A stretch of DNA of 64,000 bases, taken from contig JAZDEZ010000007.1 in NCBI GenBank assembly GCA_043808365.1, forward strand, positions 9,637-73,636. The letters run 5' to 3'. A program made the position numbers and the translations under genes. The DNA comes from Patescibacteria group bacterium. Its GTDB lineage: Bacteria > Patescibacteriota > Patescibacteriia > UBA10025 > JAHIVO01. Positions 35,256-46,566 of this stretch are shown piece by piece (positions within the stretch are counted from its first letter, which is position 1; the number at the start of each line of letters is the position of its first letter). Under the pieces are notes generated by a model. It saw only the letters and a list, made by a program, of their open reading frames with translations. It had not been told where the DNA came from and did no database searches.

Positions 35256-38200
35256 TTACAGACAGCTCGCGCCGACTTTGATGATTTTCCCGCTGTCAAT
35301 CCAATAATCAGGATCCGTGGCCCGCAGAGACAGTAAGGCCGTGTCTACGCCTTCTTCCACTCCTTGCCAGTCCCAATTGTCGATCACCCGGATGCGCGGC
35401 CGGTACCCGCCGCAGTTCGGGACGGTGTAGCTCTTGGAAAGCGTGATGGTGCCGGAATCGTACGTCCCGTCCAAAGTGACCGTGTCGTCGCCGGTACCCC
35501 CACTGGTCCACCCCCAGTTAACCTGGATGCGGCGGATCGGCTTCTGGTCTTTATCGGCCAGTATCTCGAAACTCAATTGGACTTTGTTGCCCGGCTGGAC
35601 TTTCACCGTATCCTTGGTCGCGTTCAGGACGTCTCCAGTGCCGATGGCAATATTCCTGACCAACGGCGGCACGCCGCAGTATTCATTCTGCCAGGCAGTC
35701 GGCCGCTCGACGCGCCGGCTCGAGGCTATGTACGGGCAGAGTGTCATTAACCTATAAAAATCATCCCAGTCGTCTGCTACAGATGACGACGGGCTATTAC
35801 CGTAATCGTTAGCCACAGGCATCCATACCCACCCGGTCTGCGCGCTGACTGGGCCGGCGAATAACGACCGCAGTTTCATGATCGCGTCATCATTGCAGAC
35901 GTCATTAGTATAAGCGCCGCCGTCAACATTGCACAGGCTCCGCGGGCCGGTGCCAATAGTGTCAGGCACCTGGGGACCGACGCACAGGCCTTGGTTATTC
36001 GGGTCGGACGCGGTATTGCAGGTAGTAGTGCCAATAATGGCGCCAGTATCACAGCAATCAGGGAAGCTGTTCTTACATGACAGTCCATGCCTGTTCCCGC
36101 CGCCGATGCACATTGTGCCATATCCAACGCCTTTCCATAGGCGGTACGGACTGCCACCGCGGATCCAAGCATTCGGGTTGGTTTTCGAGCTCTCGATATA
36201 AAGCGGCTGTTTGCCGACTTCAGGCCCATCACGGCTATCCCACAAGGGCGACGAAGGATCGCCCTCCGGCGCGACAATGCCGCCATAAGGCGCGAAATCC
36301 TGGGCATATTGATATAGAATCGCGTCAGTCGCGGTAGGCGCGGACAGCATCGGCCGTACGCGGTAGCTTGAATTCGCCTGGAGACGCGAGGCCCATGCCT
36401 TATTGGCCCCGTCTTCGTCCACCACCTGGACGATTTGCTCGCAGGTCTCGCGCAGGTAGAATATCGGCGCCACCCACATGCCGCCGTTTAGTGGCGAACC
36501 GTCAACCATGTCCACCCACAGTCCGCTAAAAAAGCTGGTCTGCGTACAAATACCTCCGGCACTGCAATCCGCATTTACTTCACAGGAGATGCCTCCTTGG
36601 GGGTTGAAATGACCAATATTGCACGTACCGAAAAGAGCTTTCACCGAAAACCAGTTATCGTTGTTTAGATCACATAGGGTATTGCCGCTGGATTTCCAAT
36701 TATGATACGGACTGGCCGGATCGCACTCTGTCGCGTTCCACCCGTTACTGGCGTTCAGCCTGACCATGACCCGGCCATCGTTATTCGTTTCAATCGGATT
36801 GGTGCCCCAATCCACTGCATCTGCACTCTGGTACAAGAAATCTAACCGTTCAACTTCCGACTTTTTAAAGTTGTCTTCGAAAACCAGATCAGTGAAAATT
36901 TTGTCAAAAATTATATGATTACCAAACCCGCAGACACCTCTAACTACGCCACCGCAAGTACTAATATTGGTTTGCATTGGCCGGCGGTATTTAAATTCCT
37001 CACCTAAAAGCGGCGATATATTCGGCAGTACACTTCTGACATATTCGCCAGTGAATGTGGTCAGGGCGCCGATCGGCCGGTTGTAGTTCCCGGTCGCGCC
37101 CACGCACATATAGAGCGGGCTCCGGCCCGTATACCGCGTTTGCGGCAGGGTCCCCAGGACATTGGCTTCGCCCCGCAGGAGATCCACCGGCCACCAGTTG
37201 ATGCAGTATTTTTGGTTGTTCGGGTCGCGCTCCAGGCAATACCCCGTCCAGCCCTGGTAGATAGTGTTCGTTTCGTCCGTATAGCTGCAGTAGCGCGAAT
37301 CTGATTTCGGGTACAGGCGGCAGGAGCGGGTAATCTTGGTGTAGTCATAGCAGACGCCCGGGGCGCAATCCGCGTCCGCCGTACAGGCTTTGCCCTCGTC
37401 TTCCGCGTCCCCGCCGCGGCAGCGTTTGTCCGCGTTTGACTGCAGTACGGGCTTCATGGAAACGTCATCCAGGTAAAACGTCAGCTCCGAATCCGGACAT
37501 GGCAGGGCGGCGCATGTCTTAAAAATGCGGATGTTCGTGGTGGAAAAATCCGTGAAAACATTCGCCGCGGTCTCGCCGGCCTTGAACGGGCCGAACTGGT
37601 ACTCCTCCCATTTGGGCAGGCTCTGGTTTTCCTGCCGCAGAACCGGGATAAACGGACTGCTGATATTCTGGTAGGCGACAGGATCCCCCCCGTTCGGGCC
37701 AACCAGAGCCAGCTGTACCTGGACGCGGTCATTGGCCGCCGGCTGGCCGCTTGGCCGCAGTTTGAATGAAATCACGTACTGGTGGCGCGGGATCAGCGAG
37801 TTGCCCAGGTCATATCCGATCCCGTCGAACTGCGCAGTCGTCCTGACCATGGCCACGTTATTCTCGTCCAAACCGCCGTTCGGGGAGGGTATCTGCCCGT
37901 TATTGGCGTCTTCTTCCGCCCAATAGATGTCCGCCCTAGTTCCTACTTCTGTCCATTTAGTGGAAAGCTCGGCGAGATCAATTTCAGTCGTGCCACTCGG
38001 CGTGTATGTCGGCGGCACGGTTGCCGGCAAAGTCTCATTCATATAGGTAAGCTTGTACGATAATTTCTGGTTTTCGGCATAATCACTGTCGCCGAAATCA
38101 GGATTCTTGATCAGTTCGCCGGTGTACGCCGTTTCCCCGAGCTCATTCATGGCCGGGATGGAGAAATCTCCCTGGATGATCTTCTGGTTCGGGGAGCAGG

Positions 38201-41200
38201 TATTGCCCGTCTGGCAGATGCCGCCGTTCTGGCACTGGCTGTCATTGAGGCAGGCGCGCGTCACGTCATTATTGCACCGGTCGCAGTCCGTATCCGCCTC
38301 GCAGATGAGGTTCTCGTTGTTCTGGCATCGCCTCCCCCAATCCAATCCAGCCAGCACCAGGCCGGACTTGTTCTTGATCTGGTCGACGAAGGCCGGGGTG
38401 TTATACGTCTGGTTCACCTGGTCGCTCCGGACCGGATGGACGCACTCGCCGGTCTGCGGATCCATCTTGTCGCACAATTCACGGGCGAGACAGAGCTGTT
38501 CCTTGGCCTGGTCCTTGTTCGTAAACGGCAGATATTCGCTGCAGTCCAGCCACTCGCCGCAGACGCGGTCGCGGATCACTTTCAGGATGACGTTAGAATC
38601 GCACGCGGCCGGATTTGAGCACGCGGCCGGTTCTTTGCCGTTCGCCGCCGATTGGCTGTCGTATTTCAGGGTCTTGTCCGACGTGTCATCAAACAGCCGA
38701 CAGCCCTCTTCGCGGCTGACGAGGCCGTTACAGCCGGTCCGGTCTACGCTGTCTGACAGATAATAGTAAGCCTGACAAGAAAATTGGGAATTATCATCTT
38801 TATCAATGACTGACACGCCATCTGGCAGGGAGGGATTGCAGTATTTAGGCGATGCGGGATCGGTAAGATCAGTCGGATCTTCCGGATCGCGGTATTCCGT
38901 ACAGCTAGAATATTGGGCTGGGCAAGTGCCGACCCAATTGCCGACCGGCCGCGGAGACAGCGGGAAGGCGGCATCGCACAGCGCGCCAACGCCAGTGCAG
39001 TCAGTATTACTATCGCACATGCGGCCTCTTGTACTGGGGTCGCTTTTTTCATTGCACGTACCGATGGCGCAGAACGCGCCAATGCCGGTACACGCGTCAT
39101 ATTGCGGGTCGGGATTGCAGGGCTGGTAGGCGTTGGCTGATTCTGACGAACAAATACCCACGGTCACCGGGCAGTCGGGCTGTCCGGCATTCGTGCCGGT
39201 CTTGTACCACCCGGCCGTGTTCTGTCCGGTGACTTTCTTGTACTCGCAGGTGCTGCCTCCCGGATCCTTGAAATAATACTTGGAGCTGGTGCTGGAGGAA
39301 TACTCTTCGCAGCCGATCTCATTGCTCAGGCAGATGCTCGAGCTGTAATTATCCGGATTATTTTTCAGGTAGGCATCCGTGAAGCTCTTGATCGTGCCGT
39401 TAGCCTCCAGAGTCCGCAAACCCATCTTCTCGCAACCCTTGTCAGACGCGGCACAGCTTTTCTTCGGGTCATTGACCAATGTCAGGACGCGGTCCTCCGG
39501 AATGATGCCATAGATCGGCAGATGCCGCGGCGCCGGTCCGCCCGCTAAATAGTTTTGGAGGTAGGTGATGTCCGCCATATCGATCACCCCATCGTCGTTC
39601 ACGTCGCCAGTGTCTGGGTTAGCCGGAGCTGGTCCGCCTTTGAGATAGTTTATCAGGTAAACTAAATCTAATACATCTATGTTACCATTATTATTGGCAT
39701 CGCCGCGGAGCGGCAGACGCCGCGGCGCCGGTCCGCCGCCGTACTTATAGTCAATGAGGTAGGTGATGTCCGCCATATCGATCACCCCGTCGCCGTTCAC
39801 GTCGCCTGTGTCTGGGTTGGCCGGAGCCGGTCCGCCCTTTGTGAGATATTGCAACAGGTAATTGATATCAACTATATCGATGAGACTATCATTATTGACA
39901 TCGCCGCGGAGGGTACCGACCGGCTCGTTCACCCCGAGCGTGACGCCAGTCCGGTAGGAGACAGGGAAGACCGAGGTGGTGTTGCGCGTATCGATCATCG
40001 CTTCACAGCCTATTTTCTCCGGAGCGCACAGATTGACGAATGATTTCAAGTAATGGGTGCCGAGCGCCCGGTCGCGGTACTGGTCGCACCCCTCGTACCC
40101 GGAACATAATTTGTAAGAGTCCTTGATCAAATATATATTTTGCGACACTTCGGTGATGACGATATTGTCTATGTAAAAAGCATTGGATGAGTATACCTGC
40201 AGCTGTACGCTTGCTAGGCTGGCGCCGGCCGGGACATACAGCGGGCCGAGCTTGAACTCATTCCAGTCGCCGGCGCGGGCTACCGCCTGGCCGGGAAACG
40301 GCAGCGCCGGTACGGTCACGAGAGCGGCGCCGATCGCGGTATCCGCAGCCGCCGCCTTGGCAAAGAATGAAATGGTATACGACTTGTCTTCGGCCATGCC
40401 CAGGCCGGTGCCGACGCTGGGATACGCGGCGCTGTTCGCCACGAGCATGGAGTGGCCTCCGATCACGGTTGACTCGTTGCTGTACAGCCCATTGCCGATC
40501 CACGGGCTGATATTGCCTGATTCGAAATCATTGCCATAGACACTGCGGTAATTATCCCCGGCATTCCCCTTGTACGCGCGGCAGCCGGCGTACTGCGCCT
40601 GGCAGGTTACGCCCTCATTAGCCACCATGTGGTAGAGGACATTCCCGCCGTCATTGGAATTCCGGTAGGCCTTGCACTGGTCAGAGGCGAAAATGACTTT
40701 TGATTTTTCCCGGTAAAAGACCGTGCCGGCAGCGTCAAAAAATTCCCGGCAATCCAGGTTCTTCTGCAGTTGCGACTCAATGCAATCGCGGTCTGACGTA
40801 CAGCTCGCGCCAGTCACGTTACATACATTGGCCACACACGTATCTGCAGTATTGACGCAAGAGGTGGCGGTAAAAGTTTCTTCCGGCTGGATTAACGTAT
40901 CTCCATTTATATCTGCCGACCGGTTATCAACACAGTTCGGCCAGTTCAGGGTCGGATCTGGCGCCAGCCATCCGGCTCCGTCCGGATCATAATCGCCACC
41001 CGTCTTTTCAGCCAGGACATTCATACACGGCGCATTGTCGACATTGCTCTGTTTCAAGGTGTATTTTTTCAATTGGTAGCCGAATTCATCGGACCCCTCC
41101 CAGGTGTAATAAGGTCGGACATCGGCCGCGTCCGCATTCACGCACAGCCTGATCTGGCTGTAATATTCTTTGCCTTCGCCGCCTGCCTGGACTTCCTCCA

Positions 41201-44200
41201 GGTTGGTATATTCCTCGCAACCGACGGCTGTCGCTGGACAGGTCTGGCCAGTGGACGCCACGAATGATATCGGGTCGCGGGCCGGACGGATGGGCATGGT
41301 TTCGGTCGGCATCTCCCGGTACGCCTGGCAGCCGAGGAATTCAGCCGGACACTGGCTGCAGGAGGCCGGGTCATTCGGGTCGCATAAGCTTGGGTTGGTG
41401 ATCGTGCCGGTAACCACGCGGGACGTGGTCATGGACGTATACGCCTCACAGCCTACTTCCGTTTGCTTGCAGGACAGGGCGAAATCAGCGCATTTGGAAT
41501 TATCCGTCGCGGTGTTACCAGTACATCCGAGATAGTCCGGCGGCAGGCGCAAATACGTCTTTGGCGACGATTCATATGCCTTATAATTTGTCGACGCGTT
41601 TACTTCCAGCTGGACATCGTCGATCAGGACGTCGCACTCGTCTCCGCTTGGCCGCTGAAGAACCGGGTAAAGCTGCCGTTTCAACGAATCAATTGACCAG
41701 GCACTGTCCGGTACGCTGACAAAACTGGCCGAGACGACGTACCGCGTCCAATTCGCGCCGGTCGTGATAGTCGCGTCCTGTGAATAATCCCAGGTGCAAT
41801 TCGCGTTGCCAGGATCGCAAACAAACGTAAATGCCCCGCTGACAGCCAGGACGCGTCCAAGTTTTGCCACTACCTGGCCGTTTGCCGGAGTACAGGCGGC
41901 ATCGCCAGATTGCTTCGCGTAAAACGAAAGGGTAAAGCTCTGGCCGTTCGTCGCCGTGCCGATATCCACCGGGTACAGCGTCGTGGTCCAGTGGCCGCCG
42001 CTGGCGCAATCCGCGTATTGGCGAATACGCGCCGCTGTCCGGCCGTCAAATGCAGTGGATACGGCAATCGTATGGTCACCGCATAAAGCTCCGCCCTCCA
42101 CCGCGCCGGCCTGCCATCCCGAGAAAATGTCCGGATCATAGGGCGGGCCGTCCTTGACCCCGTCAGTCATCGTGGCGGCATCAGCGGTGGTATTAAAATA
42201 TTCAAAATCAGAATTCTTCAGGAGATTGGCGCCGCGGCCGGCTACGCTGATCAATTCACCGCATCCTTCAGCCGACGCCTCGCAGGTTTGAACGTTCCGG
42301 TTCAGGTTGATCTGATCGCCACCGGCCGGCCAGGCCTGCGTGGTGCATGTCCATCGGTTTGCCGTCGCGTCCCAATCGCGGCAGTAATTCTGGCAGCCGA
42401 CATTATCCGCCGTACAGCCGTTCTTCTCAACAGTATCCATTAAATAAGAAACCTCACTGCCAGTGCGGCTGGAAAGCGCCAGACAGCTGGCATCCGCGGC
42501 TGTGCAGGCATTTCCGCTGAATTTATATATCGGCTTTTCCGCGACGCAATATCCCCATTTCTTGCATGATCCGTCGTCATTCTCGGCAATGCACGACTGC
42601 TCGTCCGCGCAATAATCCGCTTGGCGCTGGATGATATAGCCCGCGGCATCATTGCCGTCTACCGCCTCATCATTATTAGTATTAGACTGCTGTACAATTT
42701 CCCGTGATTCGATCTTGGCGCCGGCTCCGGCGCGATTGCAGGTTACAGCCGGCAGTTTCAGCACCCAATTCGGGTCGATCAAATGGTAAAACGGGGATTG
42801 TTGATTATCATAATCTTTGACAATTGAGTTGAGCGTATAATTTCCTCCGCTTATCTTTTGGATGTACTCTGCCGCCAATTCCCAGCCGACCGGGATGACC
42901 CGGTATTTCCTCAGGATGACCAAACTGCGGTACGGGTACCCGTCATAATACGCCGGCTCCACCCCGCGCGCGTTATAACCGAAAATTTTCGCCCCATCAA
43001 GCAGGCCGGCATCAAGCGCTTCCTGGACAGTCATCTTCTGCTCAATGGCCGCAGAAAATCTGCTGTCAATGACGCACGTATCGGGAGTCGGGTCATTTTC
43101 ATCCGGACAGCTGGAGATGCTGGACAGGACATCGCGTTCGCCCCCGATTATATAGTCAGTCTGCTTCAGGTCAGCCAGCTGTATTTTGGCCGCCAATACC
43201 CCCGACGACGTTCCGCTAAAACTGTCTGACCCGCGCGGCCCCGTGCCGACGGTCCGTTTACTGCCTCCGGGAGACGGCGCCAGCCCTTTTGTAAAAAATT
43301 TTTCTATAAGTTTTGAGGCAAGGGTGTTCGTGAATGTCCCGATAGCGTCCGCGATGGCGGTGCCGGTCTGTTTGCCGACAAAATCCAATGATGAAGGCAA
43401 TATTGCCGTCAATGAGCTTTCCACCACCTTGCCCGGTGTTTTTACCGTCTTGGATATCGAATTGATGACCGAATCGATGGGCCCGGTAATCAGCTTGGCA
43501 AACTCCGCCGCCTTCTCGGCCGCCGCCTTCTCTTTTTCGGTGGCATTGATGATCGACATGTAGATGCCGAGCTGGCTGGATTCGGGATTGAACGTCTTGG
43601 AAATTTCCGCCAGGTATAATTTTGACTTTTTCGCGCTGTCCAGGTTGGGTTCCCAGTCAGTCGTCGCGCTTTCGAAATTATCAATGATGCTTGAGAGCGG
43701 GCACGTAGAAGTGTACAACGGCGCATCCTGTCCGGTGACATCCTTCCTGGCCAATACTTGCAGCTGGATTTTCAACGGCAAATTTACCCCGAGAGTCTTA
43801 CTGATCGGGGTACAGAGGGTAAAACCGGCCACGCATTGCGGCGCGCCTTCAACTCCCGTATGAGTCCCAGCCAGCATCTGCTTGTCCGTCTCTATTGATT
43901 CTGGGGGGCAATTCTGCTCGTCGCACTCCAAGACAACGCACCCTAATGAGATACACTCATTCATATTGTCCAGGTTTGATTTGCAATCTTTTGAGGCAAC
44001 GCTTATCGGACATTTCAAATACACAAACGGACAATCTCTGTCGACTGCGCATTTTTGAAATGAACTCCCAAGGCATCTAGATTTCCCTGATTGCGTAGAG
44101 GCGATTTCATCCAAAATGTCGCCGACCGCCGCGTCGCCCGCGTCTTGGAGATATTTCTCCGGATTCTCCGGCCAGAGCGGCTTTTGGCCCGGCTTGCCAG

Positions 44201-44486
44201 TCGCGATTTTGGTGGCGACGTTATAAGCCAAATTATTCAGGTAGTTTTTCAGGACATTCTTGAAAGCCACGTCAGCGGCCTTTTTCAATACTTTGCCGAT
44301 CTTCTCAAAAATAGTCCGTGGGGCGTCTTTAACCGTGATGGTGGGAGTGGGCACGGGAGTAACCTGCGCGCGCGCCTGCCGAGGCGCCAGCGCAATAGGC
44401 AATATTAATTGCGCAGCAAAAAAGACCAGCACTCCGGCCAGGATCCATCGCTGTTTTCTATTGAATTTTTGCGTGCCTTTCGCCAT
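35256..44486 (-). CDS. 3076-aa Cys-rich secreted/anchored giant surface protein with two tandem dockerin-type modules
   Basis: A single uninterrupted ORF. The N-terminal anchor is [23 protein letters not shown]...ARAQV. Cys residues are very numerous throughout. It carries four EF-hand-like dockerin segments, and lectin/CBM-like stretches such as [11 protein letters not shown]. Confidence 0.8.
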   Translation of the reverse strand: MAKGTQKFNRKQRWILAGVLVFFAAQLILPIALAPRQARAQVTPVPTPTITVKDAPRTIFEKIGKVLKKAADVAFKNVLKNYLNNLAYNVATKIATGKPGQKPLWPENPEKYLQDAGDAAVGDILDEIASTQSGKSRCLGSSFQKCAVDRDCPFVYLKCPISVASKDCKSNLDNMNECISLGCVVLECDEQNCPPESIETDKQMLAGTHTGVEGAPQCVAGFTLCTPISKTLGVNLPLKIQLQVLARKDVTGQDAPLYTSTCPLSSIIDNFESATTDWEPNLDSAKKSKLYLAEISKTFNPESSQLGIYMSIINATEKEKAAAEKAAEFAKLITGPIDSVINSISKTVKTPGKVVESSLTAILPSSLDFVGKQTGTAIADAIGTFTNTLASKLIEKFFTKGLAPSPGGSKRTVGTGPRGSDSFSGTSSGVLAAKIQLADLKQTDYIIGGERDVLSSISSCPDENDPTPDTCVIDSRFSAAIEQKMTVQEALDAGLLDGAKIFGYNARGVEPAYYDGYPYRSLVILRKYRVIPVGWELAAEYIQKISGGNYTLNSIVKDYDNQQSPFYHLIDPNWVLKLPAVTCNRAGAGAKIESREIVQQSNTNNDEAVDGNDAAGYIIQRQADYCADEQSCIAENDDGSCKKWGYCVAEKPIYKFSGNACTAADASCLALSSRTGSEVSYLMDTVEKNGCTADNVGCQNYCRDWDATANRWTCTTQAWPAGGDQINLNRNVQTCEASAEGCGELISVAGRGANLLKNSDFEYFNTTADAATMTDGVKDGPPYDPDIFSGWQAGAVEGGALCGDHTIAVSTAFDGRTAARIRQYADCASGGHWTTTLYPVDIGTATNGQSFTLSFYAKQSGDAACTPANGQVVAKLGRVLAVSGAFTFVCDPGNANCTWDYSQDATITTGANWTRYVVSASFVSVPDSAWSIDSLKRQLYPVLQRPSGDECDVLIDDVQLEVNASTNYKAYESSPKTYLRLPPDYLGCTGNTATDNSKCADFALSCKQTEVGCEAYTSMTTSRVVTGTITNPSLCDPNDPASCSQCPAEFLGCQAYREMPTETMPIRPARDPISFVASTGQTCPATAVGCEEYTNLEEVQAGGEGKEYYSQIRLCVNADAADVRPYYTWEGSDEFGYQLKKYTLKQSNVDNAPCMNVLAEKTGGDYDPDGAGWLAPDPTLNWPNCVDNRSADINGDTLIQPEETFTATSCVNTADTCVANVCNVTGASCTSDRDCIESQLQKNLDCREFFDAAGTVFYREKSKVIFASDQCKAYRNSNDGGNVLYHMVANEGVTCQAQYAGCRAYKGNAGDNYRSVYGNDFESGNISPWIGNGLYSNESTVIGGHSMLVANSAAYPSVGTGLGMAEDKSYTISFFAKAAAADTAIGAALVTVPALPFPGQAVARAGDWNEFKLGPLYVPAGASLASVQLQVYSSNAFYIDNIVITEVSQNIYLIKDSYKLCSGYEGCDQYRDRALGTHYLKSFVNLCAPEKIGCEAMIDTRNTTSVFPVSYRTGVTLGVNEPVGTLRGDVNNDSLIDIVDINYLLQYLTKGGPAPANPDTGDVNGDGVIDMADITYLIDYKYGGGPAPRRLPLRGDANNNGNIDVLDLVYLINYLKGGPAPANPDTGDVNDDGVIDMADITYLQNYLAGGPAPRHLPIYGIIPEDRVLTLVNDPKKSCAASDKGCEKMGLRTLEANGTIKSFTDAYLKNNPDNYSSSICLSNEIGCEEYSSSTSSKYYFKDPGGSTCEYKKVTGQNTAGWYKTGTNAGQPDCPVTVGICSSESANAYQPCNPDPQYDACTGIGAFCAIGTCNEKSDPSTRGRMCDSNTDCTGVGALCDAAFPLSPRPVGNWVGTCPAQYSSCTEYRDPEDPTDLTDPASPKYCNPSLPDGVSVIDKDDNSQFSCQAYYYLSDSVDRTGCNGLVSREEGCRLFDDTSDKTLKYDSQSAANGKEPAACSNPAACDSNVILKVIRDRVCGEWLDCSEYLPFTNKDQAKEQLCLARELCDKMDPQTGECVHPVRSDQVNQTYNTPAFVDQIKNKSGLVLAGLDWGRRCQNNENLICEADTDCDRCNNDVTRACLNDSQCQNGGICQTGNTCSPNQKIIQGDFSIPAMNELGETAYTGELIKNPDFGDSDYAENQKLSYKLTYMNETLPATVPPTYTPSGTTEIDLAELSTKWTEVGTRADIYWAEEDANNGQIPSPNGGLDENNVAMVRTTAQFDGIGYDLGNSLIPRHQYVISFKLRPSGQPAANDRVQVQLALVGPNGGDPVAYQNISSPFIPVLRQENQSLPKWEEYQFGPFKAGETAANVFTDFSTTNIRIFKTCAALPCPDSELTFYLDDVSMKPVLQSNADKRCRGGDAEDEGKACTADADCAPGVCYDYTKITRSCRLYPKSDSRYCSYTDETNTIYQGWTGYCLERDPNNQKYCINWWPVDLLRGEANVLGTLPQTRYTGRSPLYMCVGATGNYNRPIGALTTFTGEYVRSVLPNISPLLGEEFKYRRPMQTNISTCGGVVRGVCGFGNHIIFDKIFTDLVFEDNFKKSEVERLDFLYQSADAVDWGTNPIETNNDGRVMVRLNASNGWNATECDPASPYHNWKSSGNTLCDLNNDNWFSVKALFGTCNIGHFNPQGGISCEVNADCSAGGICTQTSFFSGLWVDMVDGSPLNGGMWVAPIFYLRETCEQIVQVVDEDGANKAWASRLQANSSYRVRPMLSAPTATDAILYQYAQDFAPYGGIVAPEGDPSSPLWDSRDGPEVGKQPLYIESSKTNPNAWIRGGSPYRLWKGVGYGTMCIGGGNRHGLSCKNSFPDCCDTGAIIGTTTCNTASDPNNQGLCVGPQVPDTIGTGPRSLCNVDGGAYTNDVCNDDAIMKLRSLFAGPVSAQTGWVWMPVANDYGNSPSSSVADDWDDFYRLMTLCPYIASSRRVERPTAWQNEYCGVPPLVRNIAIGTGDVLNATKDTVKVQPGNKVQLSFEILADKDQKPIRRIQVNWGWTSGGTGDDTVTLDGTYDSGTITLSKSYTVPNCGGYRPRIRVIDNWDWQGVEEGVDTALLSLRATDPDYWIDSGKIIKVGASCL
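39520..39930 (-). other. dockerin-type repeat region (4 Ca-binding segments, forming 2 modules) within the giant ORF
   Basis: The four segments are [83 protein letters not shown] and [27 protein letters not shown]. Confidence 0.7.
39558..39836. repeat. two ~81-bp direct repeats (39558-39638 and 39755-39836) inside the dockerin region
   Basis: The repeat reads gaggtaggtgatgtccgccatatcgatcacccc(a/g)tcg(t/c)cgttcacgtcgcc(a/t)gtgtctgggtt(a/g)gccggagc(t/c)ggtccgcc. I count about 6 differences by eye. Confidence 0.7.
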
Positions 44487-44507
44487 GATAAGCGATTAGT
44501 TGGGTTG

Positions 44508-44558
44508 CCTTGGGTCCCCCGCCTGCCTTGCCAGTTCGGCGGGCAGGCTTGACCCAGG
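44508..44558. repeat. GC-rich structured element between the TSP3-repeat gene and the giant gene (partner inside the transposase ORF)
   Basis: The sequence is ccttgggtcccccgcctgccttgccagttcggcgggcaggcttgacccagg. The inner stem is gcctgcc (44521-44527) with ggcaggc (44542-44548), and the outer stem is cttgggtc with gacccagg. Confidence 0.55.
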
Positions 44559-44619
44559 CTGGTTAATGACGAAACCAAGGGACCTCACCCGCCCTGATTG
44601 CAATAAAAAGGTTAATGCC

Positions 44620-45525
44620 TTAGGTGTTGGTATTCGTCGCTGTCTGCTGGATATTCTCGGCCAAACTGTCCAGATATATCTGCTTCAGCGTCGCGTCGTC
44701 CACCTGGTCCAGTGTGGCCTTATCCACGCCGCTCTGCTCGAGGAGAGACCGGATATCCGCGATGGAAAGATTTTTCAAATCTTCGTATGTGACCGTCTGG
44801 TTCGTACCAATAGCGTTAATATTTACCGTATTATTCGTAGTTGATGTTGTGCTATTCGTAACGGTATTTATGTTTGTCGTCCCTTCTTCCTCGGCTAATA
44901 CCTGCTGGTACCATTGCATCAGCGTCGCGTCGTCAACCTGCCCAAGTTCGGTCTCGGACACGCCAGAATCACGCAGTACCGCCCGCAGCTGTTCAGCGGT
45001 CAAATCCGTTCCGTCCGTCAATAAGCCGTTCGTCAGGTCAGCTGTGGCATTCATCGCCGAATTGGCGTTGGTATCCGCCGCCTGACGGCTGCACGTTTTG
45101 TCTTTCGGGCAATTCGGGTCCGTTGTCTGGTCAATCTCTTTTTTATCGTCGATCCCGTCCCCATCGCTGTCCGAGAGGTAAGGGCTGGTTTGAAAGACAT
45201 ACAGCTCGTCATAGTCCGAGATGCCGTCCTTGTCCGTATCTTTGGTCCGCAGACTCTCCAGGGTCTGGCTCGAGGCCTGATTACCCGCCGCGACAGTATT
45301 TTTCGTGGAAGAAGTGTTGGTTGATTTTTTTTCAAAAGGGCTCTTCAAAACTCGGCTCGTCTGCCATATACTAAAACCAAGGATAAGCACTCCAAATATT
45401 ACCAACCAGGTAAATACTTTTTTCCGCTCCTGATAATCACGCGTAGAAGCCGAAATAGAATTTTCCTGTTTTGGCTTACCTTGGCTATTTTCGTTTTTGT
45501 TTTTCCAAAATAAAAATGGTGACAT
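44620..45525 (-). CDS. membrane-anchored protein with thrombospondin-type-3-like Ca-binding repeats
   Basis: 301 aa with one TM (VFTWLVIFGVLILGFSIW). The Ca-binding stretch is DTDKDGISDYDELYVFQTSPYLSDSDGDGIDDKKE. There is an internal duplicate, LTAEQLRAVLRDSGVSETELGQVDDATLMQWY and LSIADIRSLLEQSGVDKATLDQVDDATLKQIY. Confidence 0.6.
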   Translation of the reverse strand: MSPFLFWKNKNENSQGKPKQENSISASTRDYQERKKVFTWLVIFGVLILGFSIWQTSRVLKSPFEKKSTNTSSTKNTVAAGNQASSQTLESLRTKDTDKDGISDYDELYVFQTSPYLSDSDGDGIDDKKEIDQTTDPNCPKDKTCSRQAADTNANSAMNATADLTNGLLTDGTDLTAEQLRAVLRDSGVSETELGQVDDATLMQWYQQVLAEEEGTTNINTVTNSTTSTTNNTVNINAIGTNQTVTYEDLKNLSIADIRSLLEQSGVDKATLDQVDDATLKQIYLDSLAENIQQTATNTNT

Positions 45526-45561
45526 TTATTGCCTCCATTATATCATATTAGGCCAAATATG

Positions 45562-46437
45562 TCAATTTGAACTTTGACCCATTTTTTTAAAAATCCGCGC
45601 CAGCCCAACCCAATCAACAACTGACAATTCCTGGGCGCGGGCCCTGGGGTTTAATCCATTATTTTCAAGGATTTCCCGCACTTTTTGGTCAGGCAGGCGC
45701 AGTCCAGAGGCGATGTTATTGTGTAATTGTTTTCTCCTTGCAGAAAAACCAATTTTGGCGATTTGCCACAATTTTGGCAAGCCATCCGGCCCCAGTTTCT
45801 TTAAAACTCCGTCAGCATCCTCACCGATATGGTCGATTTTCAAAATTGCCGAATCAACGTCCGGCTCAGGCCAGAAACATTTCCGGTTGACTGGCGCGAC
45901 AATGTTCGGCTCGCCGTATAATTGCACTGCCAGTGTCAGGAGACTAAATCCACCTGGCTTGGCAGTGACTCGCTCGGCCACTTCCTGCTGGACCATCACC
46001 ACCATGCAGGATGGCCGCGGCCGCTGTTCCAAAAAAAGCCTGAGGACCAATGAAGTGATATTATAGGGCAGATTTGAAATGAGTTTATATTTTTGGTCAG
46101 GAAATTCACGGGCCATCCTCGGCCATGCTTTAAATATATCGCCTTCATGAATAAAAATGTTATTATGCGCCCTCGCTATTTTTTTCAAAGCAGGAATAAG
46201 CCTCTGATCCATCTCCACGGCCGCCACCTGCTTCGCGTGCTTAGCCAATTCCGTCGTAAGCACGCCGAAACCCGGCCCAATTTCTAAAATAATGTCTTCC
46301 GATGATAAATCGGCGGCCTCCGCAACGGCATGAAGCACGGCTTCATCTATTAAAAAATTTTGGCCCGACCGCTTGTCCGGTCGGACATTGTACTGATTGC
46401 ATAAAAATGTAACCGCCTCGAGGGAGGCTAATTCCAT
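45562..46437 (-). CDS. rsmA: 16S rRNA (adenine1518/1519-N6)-dimethyltransferase RsmA/KsgA
   Basis: 291 aa with RSGQNFLIDEAVL, the SAM site ILEIGPGFGVLTTEL, and NLPYNITS. Confidence 0.9.
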   Translation of the reverse strand: MELASLEAVTFLCNQYNVRPDKRSGQNFLIDEAVLHAVAEAADLSSEDIILEIGPGFGVLTTELAKHAKQVAAVEMDQRLIPALKKIARAHNNIFIHEGDIFKAWPRMAREFPDQKYKLISNLPYNITSLVLRLFLEQRPRPSCMVVMVQQEVAERVTAKPGGFSLLTLAVQLYGEPNIVAPVNRKCFWPEPDVDSAILKIDHIGEDADGVLKKLGPDGLPKLWQIAKIGFSARRKQLHNNIASGLRLPDQKVREILENNGLNPRARAQELSVVDWVGLARIFKKMGQSSN

Positions 46438-46440
46438 ATA

Positions 46441-46565
46441 TTGTTAATTTCCAATTACCAAATTCCAATATCCAATCAATGCCAAATGACCAATTTCATA
46501 ATGTCTAATTGGACATTGATTAATTGGGATTTCATTGGAAATTGGATATTGGTTATTGGTCATTT
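46441..46565. repeat. CCAAT-word palindromic intergenic element, copy 3 of 3
   Basis: The sequence runs ttccaattaccaaattccaatatccaatcaatgccaaatgaccaat ... attggacattgattaattgggatttcattggaaattggatattggttattggtca. It fills the whole gap between the MFS stop and the rsmA start. Confidence 0.7.
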
Positions 46566-46566
46566 C

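Noticed and set aside
34524-35336. Long plus-strand ORFs inside the giant genes, for example 34524..35336, 31722..32450, 38107..38763, 43186..43563 and 34008..34484.
   Set aside because: They are antisense to uninterrupted 1727-aa and 3076-aa ORFs. Their products are low-complexity Ser/Arg/Pro-rich sequences typical of shadow frames in GC-rich coding DNA.
35256-44486. A diversity-generating retroelement targeting the giant Cys-rich protein.
   Set aside because: The window holds no reverse-transcriptase ORF and no template/variable repeat pair with A-specific mismatches. The only internal DNA repeat is the dockerin duplication, whose differences are not A-biased.
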